Assembly (NCBI GenBank): GCA_013265495.1
Contig: MU058065.1
Coordinates: 3,327,003 to 3,391,002 of the forward strand
DNA length: 64,000 nucleotides
Direction of reading: 5' to 3'
Source of the DNA: Vicugna vicugna
Lineage: Eukaryota
In this document: positions 38,653 through 50,850 of the stretch, one piece after another
Layout: each line of letters opens with the position of its first letter
Numbering within the stretch: the stretch's first letter is position 1
Translations under genes and position numbers: made by a program
Notes under the pieces: generated by a model
The model's database searches: none
Told to the model about the DNA's origin: nothing
What the model saw: only the letters and a program-made list of their open reading frames with translations

Positions 38653-41600
38653 AGTTATATAACATTTAACAAGATTCAAAATAAGATAGAGTACATCAAC
38701 TTTCTATTTATTTCTATTTATATTTTTAAAAGGCAATTCAATTCTGTAATTAAAGAAGTCTCAAAAGACAGAACTTACACAGAGTAAACACTCTGTCAGT
38801 AGGGGTACCATTTCTTATACCCGACATTGCTAATATTAACCTCCAAAAAATGAGCTATCATTCTCCCCAGCACTCGTCTTCAGCAACAGCAAGCTAGAAC
38901 TTTTCAGTATATGCATTAATAATGAGCTGCTGTTCCCTTTATCTAAATCCTCACTTGCTTATGCATGTGTGTGTATATATATATATATGTGCATGTATAT
39001 ATACATATATACACATATACACGCACACACAATCTCGAGAGCCATTTAGATGTTAAAAAGCAACATTGCTAACAGAAACCTACATATCGTGCATGTTATA
39101 AAGCAAATATGAGCTATGCCCTGGCAGTAATTCAGGAAAGCACTATTCTCCACCTTTCAAGGATCCTCCCTGGGAAGTCACTCTCTTATTTTTCTCAATA
39201 GATACAATAAGCAGGGGATATTGGTAGGTTAAACTTAAATGATGAATATATGATCTATAAATTTTCCCAAGACGTTTTCATGTACATATCCTGATTCCTG
39301 GTGATTTAAAACAAATTTTTAATTGAGCAAACTTAGATCAATCTCCCTATTTCATCCATATTTTACAAATGTTCCTACCATTCTATCACTTGTGATCTAT
39401 GAGTGTACCTATTTGTACCTTGCAAAGGGGAAAAACTTATGAGGGTGGCATAAGGAACAGCTACCCAGACCCTTCTACTTTAAAAGCTCAGATCATTCTA
39501 GTGGTGCCCAAGTAAACTTGTGTTTTCCTGTAAAGACTGAGAAAGCATTTGTCTTAAAAATATTGATCATAAAAACAAATTTTTTTATGTCCCTTCCACC
39601 TCCACCATCACCAAAAACCCAAACCTGTAACAAAACAAAAATATCTCTGTAAAGTAAACTATTTGGGTTTTTGGAATGTGTCTCATAATTTTCTGGGAAA
39701 AAATATTCTGTTGGAAAAAGCAGAGATATGATTAAAATAGGAGTCAGGATCAGTATATCCTGAAGTATAGCTCACCTCAGAGAGTGTCTAGTCTTGAATT
39801 ACCCTGAGACAAGAGAAAATGTGACCACATTGCACTCGCCAGTCTTTCTATGGCAGCGTCTGTGTATGAGGAAGTCTCCAGATGTGATAAGGTCAGAGCA
39901 GCTGTCATGCTGACCTGATGGACCACGAACCCAATTTTAAGCTAAAAGTCACTGACATTCAATACCTAGTTTTTCAGGCCATCCCAGACTCTCCTTATTG
40001 GCTCAAAGTTGGGTCATTTCATATTGGCCTCTGGTCTGCAATCCTGAGAACTCAGAAAAGATTTGGGTGGTGATCACTCAGAAGAAATAAAAAAGATTTC
40101 TATCTGGAAAGATTTCTATCTCCAGGGAATCAAGCTGTACAACCTCACCCCCCCAAGTTCCGAATCACCGTCAGTCACGTCTCCGTGCCTTGCCTTCTGC
40201 AGGACCAGCCAGCTGTGCTGTGTGGAAAGAAACCTGGATTTGCAGTGCCAGCTCACACAGCTCTTGCTGTAACCCCAAGGGATTGAAACCACTTCTAACT
40301 GTGAAATCTGTGTTACAGAAGCACTTGTCCTGATGGTCCTGGGTGGAGATAATTCAAGGGTTAGGAGCCTCTGTCTGTCTGCGTTTGGTCCCCTTTACAC
40401 ATGCCAGATCTTCCCACTTCTCTTGCTTGGCAAGTAATTTAACACTGAACAGATTAGTGATTAGAGCAGCAGATAGTTGTCCCCAAACCCTCTGGTCTGT
40501 GTGTTCTCTGTCTCCAAAGGCTGACACTGCTGGCTGCACTTCCTCGTGTTAGAACATCTGCACATACGTGGAGGGTGGGGGAAGCACCACTTCGTGATGA
40601 GGTGCTCTGTCATCCAGCAGTCCATGAGCAAATGAAATTACCAGTTAAGAGGCTGGGGAGGAAATGGAGAGCTAAGGAAACGCATAAGAATAAAAACTCA
40701 ATATGCAGGCTAACAGAATTATGGGAGCCCTAATCACAGGATGTAGGAAAGAAAATTCACTTAGGACAACGCAGACGATGTCAGTTTTCGGTGAAGGCGC
40801 CCTGGGTATGTATCTATTCAGCTCATCAGGGGGAAGAGCCAAACGGACTCTTCTCTTTCTTTACACAGCATCTATTTCTACTCTCAGGTTGACGGCATGA
40901 GCTGTGCGATCAACACTGGGTCAAGCCAGTTTTCTACTCATTTCGAACAGCGGTCAACATGATGTCCGTGAGCAGGTGTGGCTGTCAACTCCGTGGGCAA
41001 CCCAACGTTGGTCTGAAGGCGAGAGCCCCGAGCGTGCTATCGCCACAGCACCCTCACTCATCTGTATGTTTGTCGGTACCCGCTATGCTCCTCATTGCCC
41101 TGCCCCCCACTTTGTCGATTATCACTTCTCTTCCTTCCAAATGGAAATCAGGGACATTCCGGTGAAAGTTAGGATCCATACTGTCGCTAGAGCACTGCTC
41201 CCTTCCTCCCCTCATCACACCACCAGGAACCCCAACTTCACGTCTCACTTGGGAAATAACAGGACCTGGTCTGAGAGTTACCATAACTCCTGGGAAATGT
41301 ATAAACCTTGTGACAGTCTCTTTGGCACAGCCGTAAAGTTCAGGTGGAGGCTCTCATACCCCCGGAACGAAACCTCTCAGCCAGAGTGACTAAACGAACA
41401 GTTCCCTTGAGGGTTTAATTCCATTTGCTGGTAACACCTTTCTGCCAACCCAAGGTTCAGAATACCCCTAGGTCAGGTCCAGAGTGAGAACTTACCATTC
41501 TCAGCTCTGGTCCAGGGTCCTGGCATCTGGATTCCTCAGCCTGCCAAGAGGCCACTGGTCTAGTGAGCCCTGTGAAAGGGCCTGTTTGGGGTACACTTAA

Positions 41601-42574
41601 TGACACCAACTCTTACAGCTCAACCAAAAAAATCTAACTCATCACCTCCCGAAATGAAAATATTCTAAAGCCAAGATCACAGTGTATTTGAAAAGTAAAC
41701 ATTCTCTAGCCCATCATCTCTGAAAATCAAGTTTCCTTTGCATTTGGCTGCAATAATGTCCTTCCTCCAACAGACTTTTATATCCCCCGCCCCCCATTTC
41801 CCTTCTTGGCTGCTTCCTCATCGTCTTCGGCAGGATGTCTTCATTACAAGGCTTCTCCCAGGCAGAGAAGAATGGATTCTCCTCCCCTGGAGTTAGATGA
41901 CTATGCTCCTGTAGAGCCAGTCTTTGAGCAGGAAGAGACAAGAGTCCCCGAGAACCCCCTTCCTGACGCCTGTTCACTGCAGGGAGCAGAGGAAGGAGGC
42001 TGGACGGACATTGGCAAAGTGGAGGGGGACAGAGCAGGGCGCCATTGATCTTCTAGTTGGTCAGTGAGTGATTAACTCCAACTATTAGGAAGGGCTGTTG
42101 ATCACACAGACAGCACCTCCCCAACAGGACCGTAACTGGGGCTATAACCTCCCCATGACCCTTTGTAACGAGAGAAGCTTGATTTGAGCCGACAGCCTCA
42201 ACCTTCCAGGCCAACAGGCACATCCATTCCCTTCTCTCTGAGACCTTTTCTCTGTAGCTTCTACATCCCATTGTCAGGCTAGGGTCCATAGGATGGGGAG
42301 CAATGTGGGCATTTTTATAAAACTGTTTGATAAGATGCCTTACCAGACTTGAATCACAGCGAATGTTTTAAAGTTGGAAAAGACCAACTCAAAGGTGGTT
42401 TACACTTAAAATTTAGCTGTCTTCTTAGAAGGCTTGCTTGCCATTTAAGACTGCTTGGGAACACTGGGTTTCCAAATGAATACAGATGTCAATCAGAAAG
42501 ACTGCTGAAAAATGTTGAACATTCTAAATTTGTCATAAACAGTTTAAATGTGAGTGATAAGTAAATTATAAGTA

Positions 42575-43150
42575 AACTCAGCTCTGTGTCCAAATGCCAC
42601 CCCCCTCGAAAGGGCTTCCCTGACCTGCTTCCCTACCACAGCTGCCAGTCACCACTCTCTCTCCATAGCCTGCTTTTATTTTTCTTCATAGAACTTCACC
42701 CTGCCTGCACTTAGACTCTGCATTCTGATTTTATCAGCCCCATCCCTACCCCAAGTGGATGCTCGGCCCAGAGTCTGGGACAGTGCCTCACTCTGGCTCA
42801 GTTTTGGATCTCCACCTGTCGAGCCTGGAAGCCCTCTCCCCCAGCTCCCCACCTGGCTGGCTCTCTCTCATCCTTCAAGACTTAAGTTAAATGAAACTAG
42901 CACCAAATGCCCTTTCTTGACCACCTTCTCTAAAGTAGGTCTCTACTCTCACCCTGATCATGCCCTCAACAATAATCATATAATCTTCAAATTTCTGCAG
43001 TTGATTTACTTGTTACTGTTTGTTCTGCCTACAAGGAAGCCCCAGGAGAGCAGGATGGAGTCTGTCTTGTTCACGGCTTACTCCCCTGCCCTTAGCATAG
43101 TATTTTGTAACAGGCCCTCATCAGATGTTTCTTAAATAAGTGACTAAATA
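42575..43150 (+). mobile_element. L2 3' fragments
   Basis: 'cagctct...aaatgccacc...cttccctgacc', 'caggatggagtctgtcttgttcacggct...cccctgcccttagcatagt'. Confidence 0.6.
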
Positions 43151-43414
43151 AATTTAAAAGTTGTTGCTCATCAGTTACAAGGTAAGAAAGAGATCTGATG
43201 CTGTTTTTAAAAGGTAAATCAGATCTGGTTCAAAGATCCCTTAGCAGTTCAGAAACATATAGAATTACTATTTTTATGCTGAAAAAAACCCTGATGGAAT
43301 CTTGACCAAATCTGAGTCCTGACTTTCCATCAGGGCCACTGGGGAAGCATTCCAGATGGGGAACAATTCCATTTATAAAGATCTCTAGTGTACTACCTTA
43401 GCACTCTGTAGACT

Positions 43415-43547
43415 TTCTTTTTCTTTTTTCTTTCTTGAGGGAGGTAATTAAGTTTACTTATTTACTTGATGGAAGTACCAGGGATTGAACCCAGGACCTC
43501 GTGCGTGCTAAGCATGCACTCTGCCAATTGAGCTATATCCTCTCCCC
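43415..43547 (-). mobile_element. Vic-1-like SINE, long form
   Basis: tRNA head in reverse orientation; TSD-like tgtaga(c/t)ttt flanks. Confidence 0.88.
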
Positions 43548-44504
43548 ATGTAGATTTTTCTAATGTGTCTTTAGTACCCTGAACTCTAATTACTTCTTTA
43601 CCTCTGTCCTCTCTAGGGAGACAGCTCTAAATCCTCTTTGTAGAAACAGGCTTTATTTATTTTACTCAACGATTATTTGTTGAGTTGCTACAACATGCCA
43701 GATTCAAGGAACAATAAAGGACCGTCTAGCAGGGAATACAGGTTCAAGGTTCAGGGTGGCTTTTTTTAGAGACAATGCCTGCACTGAGACTTGGAGCAGG
43801 TGACGGCCATTGCTTGCCATTTACTAGGCAACTGTAGGCCTACTGTCAACACTGGGAATGAAGTATAAAGTAGAGCGTGGATACGTCTGAAACGTAGGAA
43901 CTGGGGTAGGAGCGAGGTCATCAGCAGTCTTGTGGCTCCAGAGAAGAGAATGGACAGGAGGAAGAGCTAAGGTAGAGACTTAGGTTGAAGTCCAATTATG
44001 AAAGGCCCTAGAGGTGATTTTAAGGTGCTTGGACGTTAATATGTTCTAAAGACTGGTTCATGGTCATCCTTGCACCTGAGAGGTCACTCCACATGCTGTG
44101 GGGAGGATGGATTTGAAGGTCATAAGAATAGATGGAAGGAGATTAATGAGACAGTTGGTGTGAGTGTGCAAAAATAAAGAGATGCAGGCTTGAGCTGAGG
44201 GAATGTTTCCAGCAACGCTAGAAATGTAAAATCACAGGTGCCCAGTGTAGAAGAAAAATCTTCACTCAGTGAATAAAAGCACAAACCATGGCTCCCTGGA
44301 GAACTAGACCCTGCTCGTTACTCCATCAGAGATGGTAAGACCTAACGGACATGAACTGTTTTAAGTTGGCTGCCTTTATTTTGTGGCTTTTCTGTTTCAC
44401 GTCTCCCTATGTGAAGGAAGATCACTCAAATGTTTTGGTTTAAAAGTCCTGCTTTTTGGATCTACTAAGCTCATGAAAAAAATAAGAGAAAAGAAGCCAC
44501 TTGT

Positions 44505-44670
44505 GGGGGGAGAGTATAGCTCAATTAGTAGAGTGCATGCTTGGCGTACACAAGGTCCTGGGTTCAATCCCCAGTACCTCCTCTCAAAGTAAATAAGTAA
44601 ACCTAATTACCTCCCACCCGCCCTCTGCCAAAATAAATAAATAAATATATTCAGGAAAAAAAAAAAAAAA
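44505..44670 (+). mobile_element. Vic-1-like SINE, long form
   Basis: 'gggggagagtatagctcaattagtagag...ggttcaatccccagtacctcc...aaacctaattacctccc' plus polyA. Confidence 0.9.
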
Positions 44671-45519
44671 CACTTATATTGGTAAATAACCTAGGACTTA
44701 CATAGTTTGTTGCCAGTATTTTAGGAGATAATTAAGAATCTTATATGAAATATTATGTGACAGCTTCTTCAATACTAGGTAAATTTTAGTATATGACTTC
44801 TCAGGTATATACTAGAATTTATTGGGGTGAAAAAAATATCGTATGCTTCATTACCATAGACCTGATCATACAACTGGTTATATTAAGGTCCCTGAATTAA
44901 CCAGTACAAAAGGTAAAACACATATTTGATAGAACTATAGAATAGCCCGGTACCCTCATAGAATTAAAATTGATTTTTCATATATTATTTTTAAATGATA
45001 TAGCACTCCTTAAAACTTGTATTTTTTGTGGACTATGTGTTCCTTAGAAACAGTTAATAAAACAAGGTCACAGACTATGTGGACACAGCTGAGGGGGAGG
45101 TACCACACAGCAAACTCTCCATGTTTCTAGTTAATGCTGGGAAAGCCAGCTCTAAAATACATAAAGGAAGAGAAAATAGAAATCGCCTAATATTTTCGGG
45201 TGGAAGGTGCTTTTGTGGTTGTATTTGAGTATAGTTACCTCTAACGATCGTGATTAGGAGCTGTGACTATAAAGTTAGGGCGTCACTTTGGGTTTAAGGA
45301 GCTTGTCTCAAGTGTATGTGAAGGGCGAGCCTTAGCAAGACGACCCCTCCTCATTTTGTCTTCGCGTGCTGCTGCGGTTAGAGGAACAATTCAAGTGCCT
45401 TCCTGAAAGCCATTCTGCAACATGAAAGATCGTGTGTGGCATGAGAGGCGTAAGCACGAGGTAAATTCTGCCATGAATGATCTTGGAAAGTGAGAACTAC
45501 AACACCGGCCCTACAGACG

Positions 45520-46170
45520 GACCCCTGGGTTGAATTCTCTGTGCTTCCTGTTGTCTTTATCAAATAAAAGCCAAGTCTGGATTTAGGCCAGGACGGCCTG
45601 TGTTTGAAAGGACTATTGCAGAGGTGGGGGGATGGCACTATTGCCATCAGGAGACCTCTCTGATCGTAAGATTTGTGAGTGTTCACTGATCAGGCAGAAA
45701 AGGGTTTTCTTTCATAGGGAGGGATGACCATGGCTGGAAAGATGTTCCCGGGCTGTGCGGAGGTGGAGAGACAGTAGATCAGAGATGATTTACCCTGAGG
45801 TCAGCTTGTTCTCAGGAGGGGTGGTGTGCTGGCTGGAGTGAGGATGGGTCAAAGCTCACGGGCGCGGTCTGGCGATGGAGAGAAGCTTAACCAAAGTTTG
45901 GTCAAGTCAAGGTAGCAAGAGTTTTGTCCAGTTTGGCCATGGGGACAGAGTTCAAACCATTTATAAGACAAAGAATGGGACTCGGTGGGTCCATGACTGG
46001 CCTTGTCACAGGTAAACAAGGGTCTTTACCTGTGAGTCCTATCTAACTGTCTGGGGAAGGAAGTCTCCTTGTAGTAAATTATTCCTAAAACACAAAAGTG
46101 TGGGGAGATTGTCTTCATAGTTTCTGTTTTCCAGGAGCACAGGGCTCAGGTAAAATTCAACAGGGTCACT
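45520..46170. mobile_element. Probable ERV1-class solo LTR remnant
   Basis: wording resembles MER-type LTRs ('aaggactattgc', 'ggttttctttcataggg'); family not determined. Confidence 0.4.
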
Positions 46171-47149
46171 TTCTTTCTTTTATTTTTAAGCCAAGAGTGT
46201 ATTAAGAGCTTTGCCTCATCAGGTTTGGTTTCTCAGGAGAAAATGCAGATTTAAAAAGGGATTCGGTGAAAGTACTTTAGGATAAACTCTGACACTGGCA
46301 AACCCCTCAGGCTCTCAGACCAGCAGCAGCTGTGGGGTTGAAGACAAACTGAAGAGCTGGCGGGAACTTTCTGAGAAGCCAACACAAGGTGAAGCCGGGA
46401 CTTCCAGCACTGAGTGAAAAGGAGCAACCTTTCCTTTAAAGTTAAAAGAAAAAACCCCAGTGGTCCAGCCTTTGCTGAATGTTTAGATGCCTTTCCATGC
46501 TGCTCAGCTCTATCCAGTGTACCTTACAGGGACTAGTTATCCAACTGTTTTTCTTTGAACTTTCCTAAGGGGTGCATTTTCCCACCCACACATATTCTCT
46601 CTACATCTACCATCTACAGCCTAGCCTGTTGAGCCTTTTTCAGAGACTCTTCATTTGCTTCGTTTGCTTTATTTTGGGCCTGACACAGTACGATGAAGGA
46701 AGAAGAGGGCTGGATTGAGAGGGAGGTCTGGGTGTTATTAATATCCCGTCCTCACTTCCATCTTATGTAAATGTAGGTATTAATATCTTACGAGCATGAT
46801 GTTGGATTCAGATAAGAATACATTTGGAAGCGCTATGCCATCTGTGGAGTTGTCTGCTTTTTAAAAAAATGTTATTTTTAGAAATAACAATTGCCTCATG
46901 GAACGTCTTTCTTATTTACATCCTCCTGACATCACATTTTAGATACAGATATGCTACGGAACTGTGAAATTAAACTGATATTTTATGGCAAGACAAGAAA
47001 AATTTAAACAAAAAAATTTCTCTGCCCTCTGGTCTCCTCTCTCGCCCCACCATGCATTGTGTGTCTGCACTGATGCATCAACCAAACTGTCCCCATCAGC
47101 ACAAATACCTGCTCAACCGTAAAAAGCAATAATCTCACAGCTACAGTAA

Positions 47150-47413
47150 GACTTCTTAAAGACAACATTCCTTCTTGATCTTGTAAGGGGCCACATGGCA
47201 CGTAGATCTGGATGATGTAAACTGTCAATAATATGTCGTTTGATGTACAGCCCTCTGGCTCAAAAATCTTATATAACTGCGCCCTGATGTCTAACGAGTA
47301 GAGTGGTGCTCAGAGCCTTCTGAGATACTCTTCCCGGGTGATAATCCTCAGATTTGGCTCAGGTCAAATTTTCTATTTCTTTCATAGATCGACTCATGTA
47401 TTTTTTGTTGACA
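47150..47413 (+). mobile_element. ERV1 (MER34-like) LTR 3' part ending in TGACA
   Basis: TATA-like 'cttatataactg', 'agagccttctgaga', 'cctcagatttggctca..aaattttctatttctttc...ttgttgaca'. Confidence 0.55.
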
Positions 47414-47518
47414 AGACCTAATTCTACAGATTTTTATGCTCAAGTCAAATTTTCTATTTCTTTCATAGATAGACTGATTAATTTTTTGTTCGCAAGACCT
47501 AATTCTACAGATTTTTAT
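47357..47518 (+). repeat. 81-bp tandem duplication (2 copies)
   Basis: 47357-47437 and 47438-47518 are near-identical; also visible in the ORF track as a repeated AQVKFSISFIDRL. Confidence 0.95.
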
Positions 47519-49570
47519 GCCCAGCTGCTCTCACAGTGGAGATGGAGAGCTGGCGTGAGACCAGTTACCCTCTCGTACAATCTCATCATTTTAAGAAGCA
47601 AGTGCATTTTCACCTTCATTTAACTTTTTTCAGACTTGGCTGTGGAGCACCTAGATGTAGTTTAGGGAACAAGGTATTACTGGTGGTAACTACTGAATTA
47701 TGCTCACAGTTACAAGACCACCAAAGGAAAAAGACTCCAAGTGAAGACCTAAGTTTGAATCTGTAAAAATACAGGATTCAGAAGCCTGAAGTTTTAGGAG
47801 ATGCCTTCAGAGGGTTACTATGCTCGTCTTCTTGCTTGGATCAACCTGTAGTGTTTAAATACACAGAAGCCCCGAATTTCAGGTTGCAAAGGATGAAAAA
47901 TGCCCAGGTGACCACAAAAGACTATTGAATGTTGTCTAGGTTTGATTTGGGTGTCCCTTCACCTTGGGTTTTCTAGGAGAATTTCTACCACAAAAACTCT
48001 GTTCCACTTACCAACAAAATTTCCGAACCCTATGCATGACACTTTATATTTTAATCTTAAAGGTAACACACTAAAAAGTCTCTAGGTGGGTTTCTACCTC
48101 TTTTACAAATGTTCCTTAAAATATATTCCTCATGAATATATATACATATATTTATAAGGTTACACAAAATTAACAGCTATAAGAGAGCTAGATAATAGAT
48201 CAGCACAACCTTAAACATCCTTTTAGGCAGCAAAGATGTCTTAAATAAAGACAGGCACCTGGTTTTCTGAAACTCAGGCTCTTGACAGAGTTTTAATGAT
48301 TTAATCCTTTCAGTGTTAAGGGTACACCTTTCTGATTGTCCCATAGGAAATAGTCTAGCATTCTTTGTATTAATAGACTTATTTTTTTTTCTAAGCATAA
48401 AACCCAGCCCTATACATTCGAAAAGGTTTCTACAGTACAATTTAGGGTTAAATTTCTGAATCGAGCCCCAGTAGGCAAAAACCTCAAAGAGCACGTAGCT
48501 TGTTTGGAATGTTTACCCAAGTCAGTGAGCCCCCTGATCTTTTTCTTTTTCTTTTTTTTTTAAATGAATTCTCATGAAACAGCCCAGTTGTGGTCTTTGT
48601 TGGCTAAAGAAAAATGGAACTGTTCAGTCCATCCCCTTGTGTCCATTCTTTCTAGCTAAATATTTCCCCCAATTATGTACACGAACACTGAAAACTACTC
48701 AGCCTTTATCTCACGTAGCCTGGGTTTAAGACGCCCTTGTGGGGGGCGTGGTCAGGCTGGGATGGGCTCAAGTCTGTCGGCAGCCCCTTTGCAGGTGTGC
48801 CATGGATTGTAGCATAAGCATTCAATCCAGAATTTAACCTTCTCCTTTGACTGCACCTTCTATTATAGCCTAAGAAAGAAATCAGCTCTCCTATTTCACT
48901 CATTTAGCCTTTATTTGTGGACCAGTGTTAGTTTAAAAAGAAGTCAGATTACTGCTGCTCATAAGTTGCTAATTTCCAAATTAAAGAGTTTTGGGAAAAA
49001 CCTTCAGAATATCACTTCTTAACCCCTAGAGTCAAATTGCTACGTATTTGAAAAACATTTTCAAATTGAACAAAACATTTTTTTCCCTTCTGATTTCAGT
49101 GCCTGTGAATGCCAGAAGAAATTTAATTTCAAAAGGAACAAAAACCTAACATCTTTTTCTAGTTAAATCTGAGCATATGCAATGCAAACAATGGATTTAT
49201 ATGCATGCACGCACACACACGCATGAGCGCACACACACACGGAAGCTCAGAGGAAGACTGTGTGCTTGATGTTTGCCATTGCCATTTGTCTGGACTAGGA
49301 GAGCCCTGAACCCTCACCAAACCCCACTGTCCCTTGGTTTGCATTTGCAAGGCCAAGCGATTCCTAGTGACTCGGAACTGTTGGTCCACCCAATGAAGGG
49401 TTTAAGGACTTTTTTTCAGAGAAACGCTAACTTTTGTTCCTCAAAGCGACCCCAGGAAGTCTGGAAGGAGCAAACCCAGTCAAGCTGTGTGGGGATCACC
49501 TGGAGGAAATTGTAGAGAACTGAATGCATGGTTGAAGGCAGAACATATGATTATTAAAGATGGAATATCT

Positions 49571-49912
49571 GAAACCAAAAACAAACTCATGGACATAGAA
49601 AAAAACTATGGTTACCAAAGGGGAAAGGGTGTGGGAGGGATAAATTAGAAGTTTGGGATTAACAGAGACACATTATTACACATAAAATAGATAAACAAGG
49701 ACCTACTGTATAGCACAGGGAACTATATTCAGTGTCTTGTAATAACCTAAAATGGAAAAGAATCTGAAAACAAAAACTATGTATGTATGTATATGTGTAG
49801 CTGAATTGCTTTGCTGTACACCTGAAACTAACTTTGTAAATCAACTACACTTCAATATAAAATTAAATTTAAAAAATTAAAAGTTAAATAATTTAAAAGT
49901 CAAAAAAAAAAA
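49571..49912 (+). mobile_element. Young lineage L1 3' end with TSD
   Basis: 'acaaactcatggacatagaaa...tgtaaatcaactacacttcaat'; TSD aaaga(t/c)ggaatatc. Confidence 0.88.
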
Positions 49913-50629
49913 GACGGAATATCCTAAAACACGCATCACCATCAATATTTTTATAACTGTAAAACTTTGAAAATAAGAGGGGCCCTGAGGTCATTTTGTT
50001 CAACTCCACATTTCATAGATGGTCAAACTGAGGCCAGAGATAAATGCACTTGGCTAGTTGCTAGTAAACTCTGGACTGATTGATTGCCCACTTGTAATAG
50101 AGAGCAGTTCTGAGCCCATCCCAGCCTGGCCATGCCCCCTGGGAGGCGTCTCCCTCTCTCTTACTAAAATACATGCTATTTAAAAGAAACAGAGATGGAG
50201 CAATTCTCACTTGGCTTAGAATCCAAGTCTCCTAATTCTTAAAGTAACTCAACTGCCTTTTGATTCAACTATTCCTTTTAGGTTAAAAGATTCATGAGTC
50301 ATCCTCAGCCTCATTCTCCTCTTTGTCTTAGGCATGTGTCATCAATGCCACATCATGTTTAATGTTCTATCCAACCATCTCTCACAAAGTAGCTTATAAA
50401 CTGTATCCTGTGATCAAACAGGGCACAGGCAGGCAGGCAGGCAAACAGATGGAAAAGGTGAATCACCCTCAAGTCAATAATGAGGTAGGATTTAGGAAAC
50501 GTTTCCTTCTTCTCGTTTCAATTTTTTTATTAATACAGCTCATTACTTGTAAAATGAAAAATAAAAATTGAGCATATTTAATACACAAAAAAGCTGGAGT
50601 ATATTTAACACCATTAAAAGAAATGGCTA

Positions 50630-50850
50630 ATGCAGAGTGCAGTGGCTCGTAGCCAGGATTCTGGAATCAGACAGCCCTGGGTTCAAATCCTGACTCTGCT
50701 CCCTACTGACTTGGCTGCCCTTTCACGTTGTTTTCTCACCTTTAAAGTGAGAATGCTAATTGTGTCTACCCCTTGCTCCCTAATGTTTACAGGGTCCACA
50801 GCCCCATGTCCAGCACCCAGTCGGGACTCAGTAAGATGGATACAGCTGTG
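50630..50850 (+). mobile_element. MIR
   Basis: 'tctggaatcagacagccctgggttcaaatcctgactctgctcc...ttttctcacctttaaagtgagaatg'. Confidence 0.75.

Noticed and set aside
39890..39916. AGGTCA-N15-TGACCT inverted nuclear receptor half-sites
   Set aside because: Non-canonical spacing; expected by chance.
47357..47518. Direct repeats considered as a CRISPR-like array
   Set aside because: Only two adjacent copies, no spacers, mammalian context.
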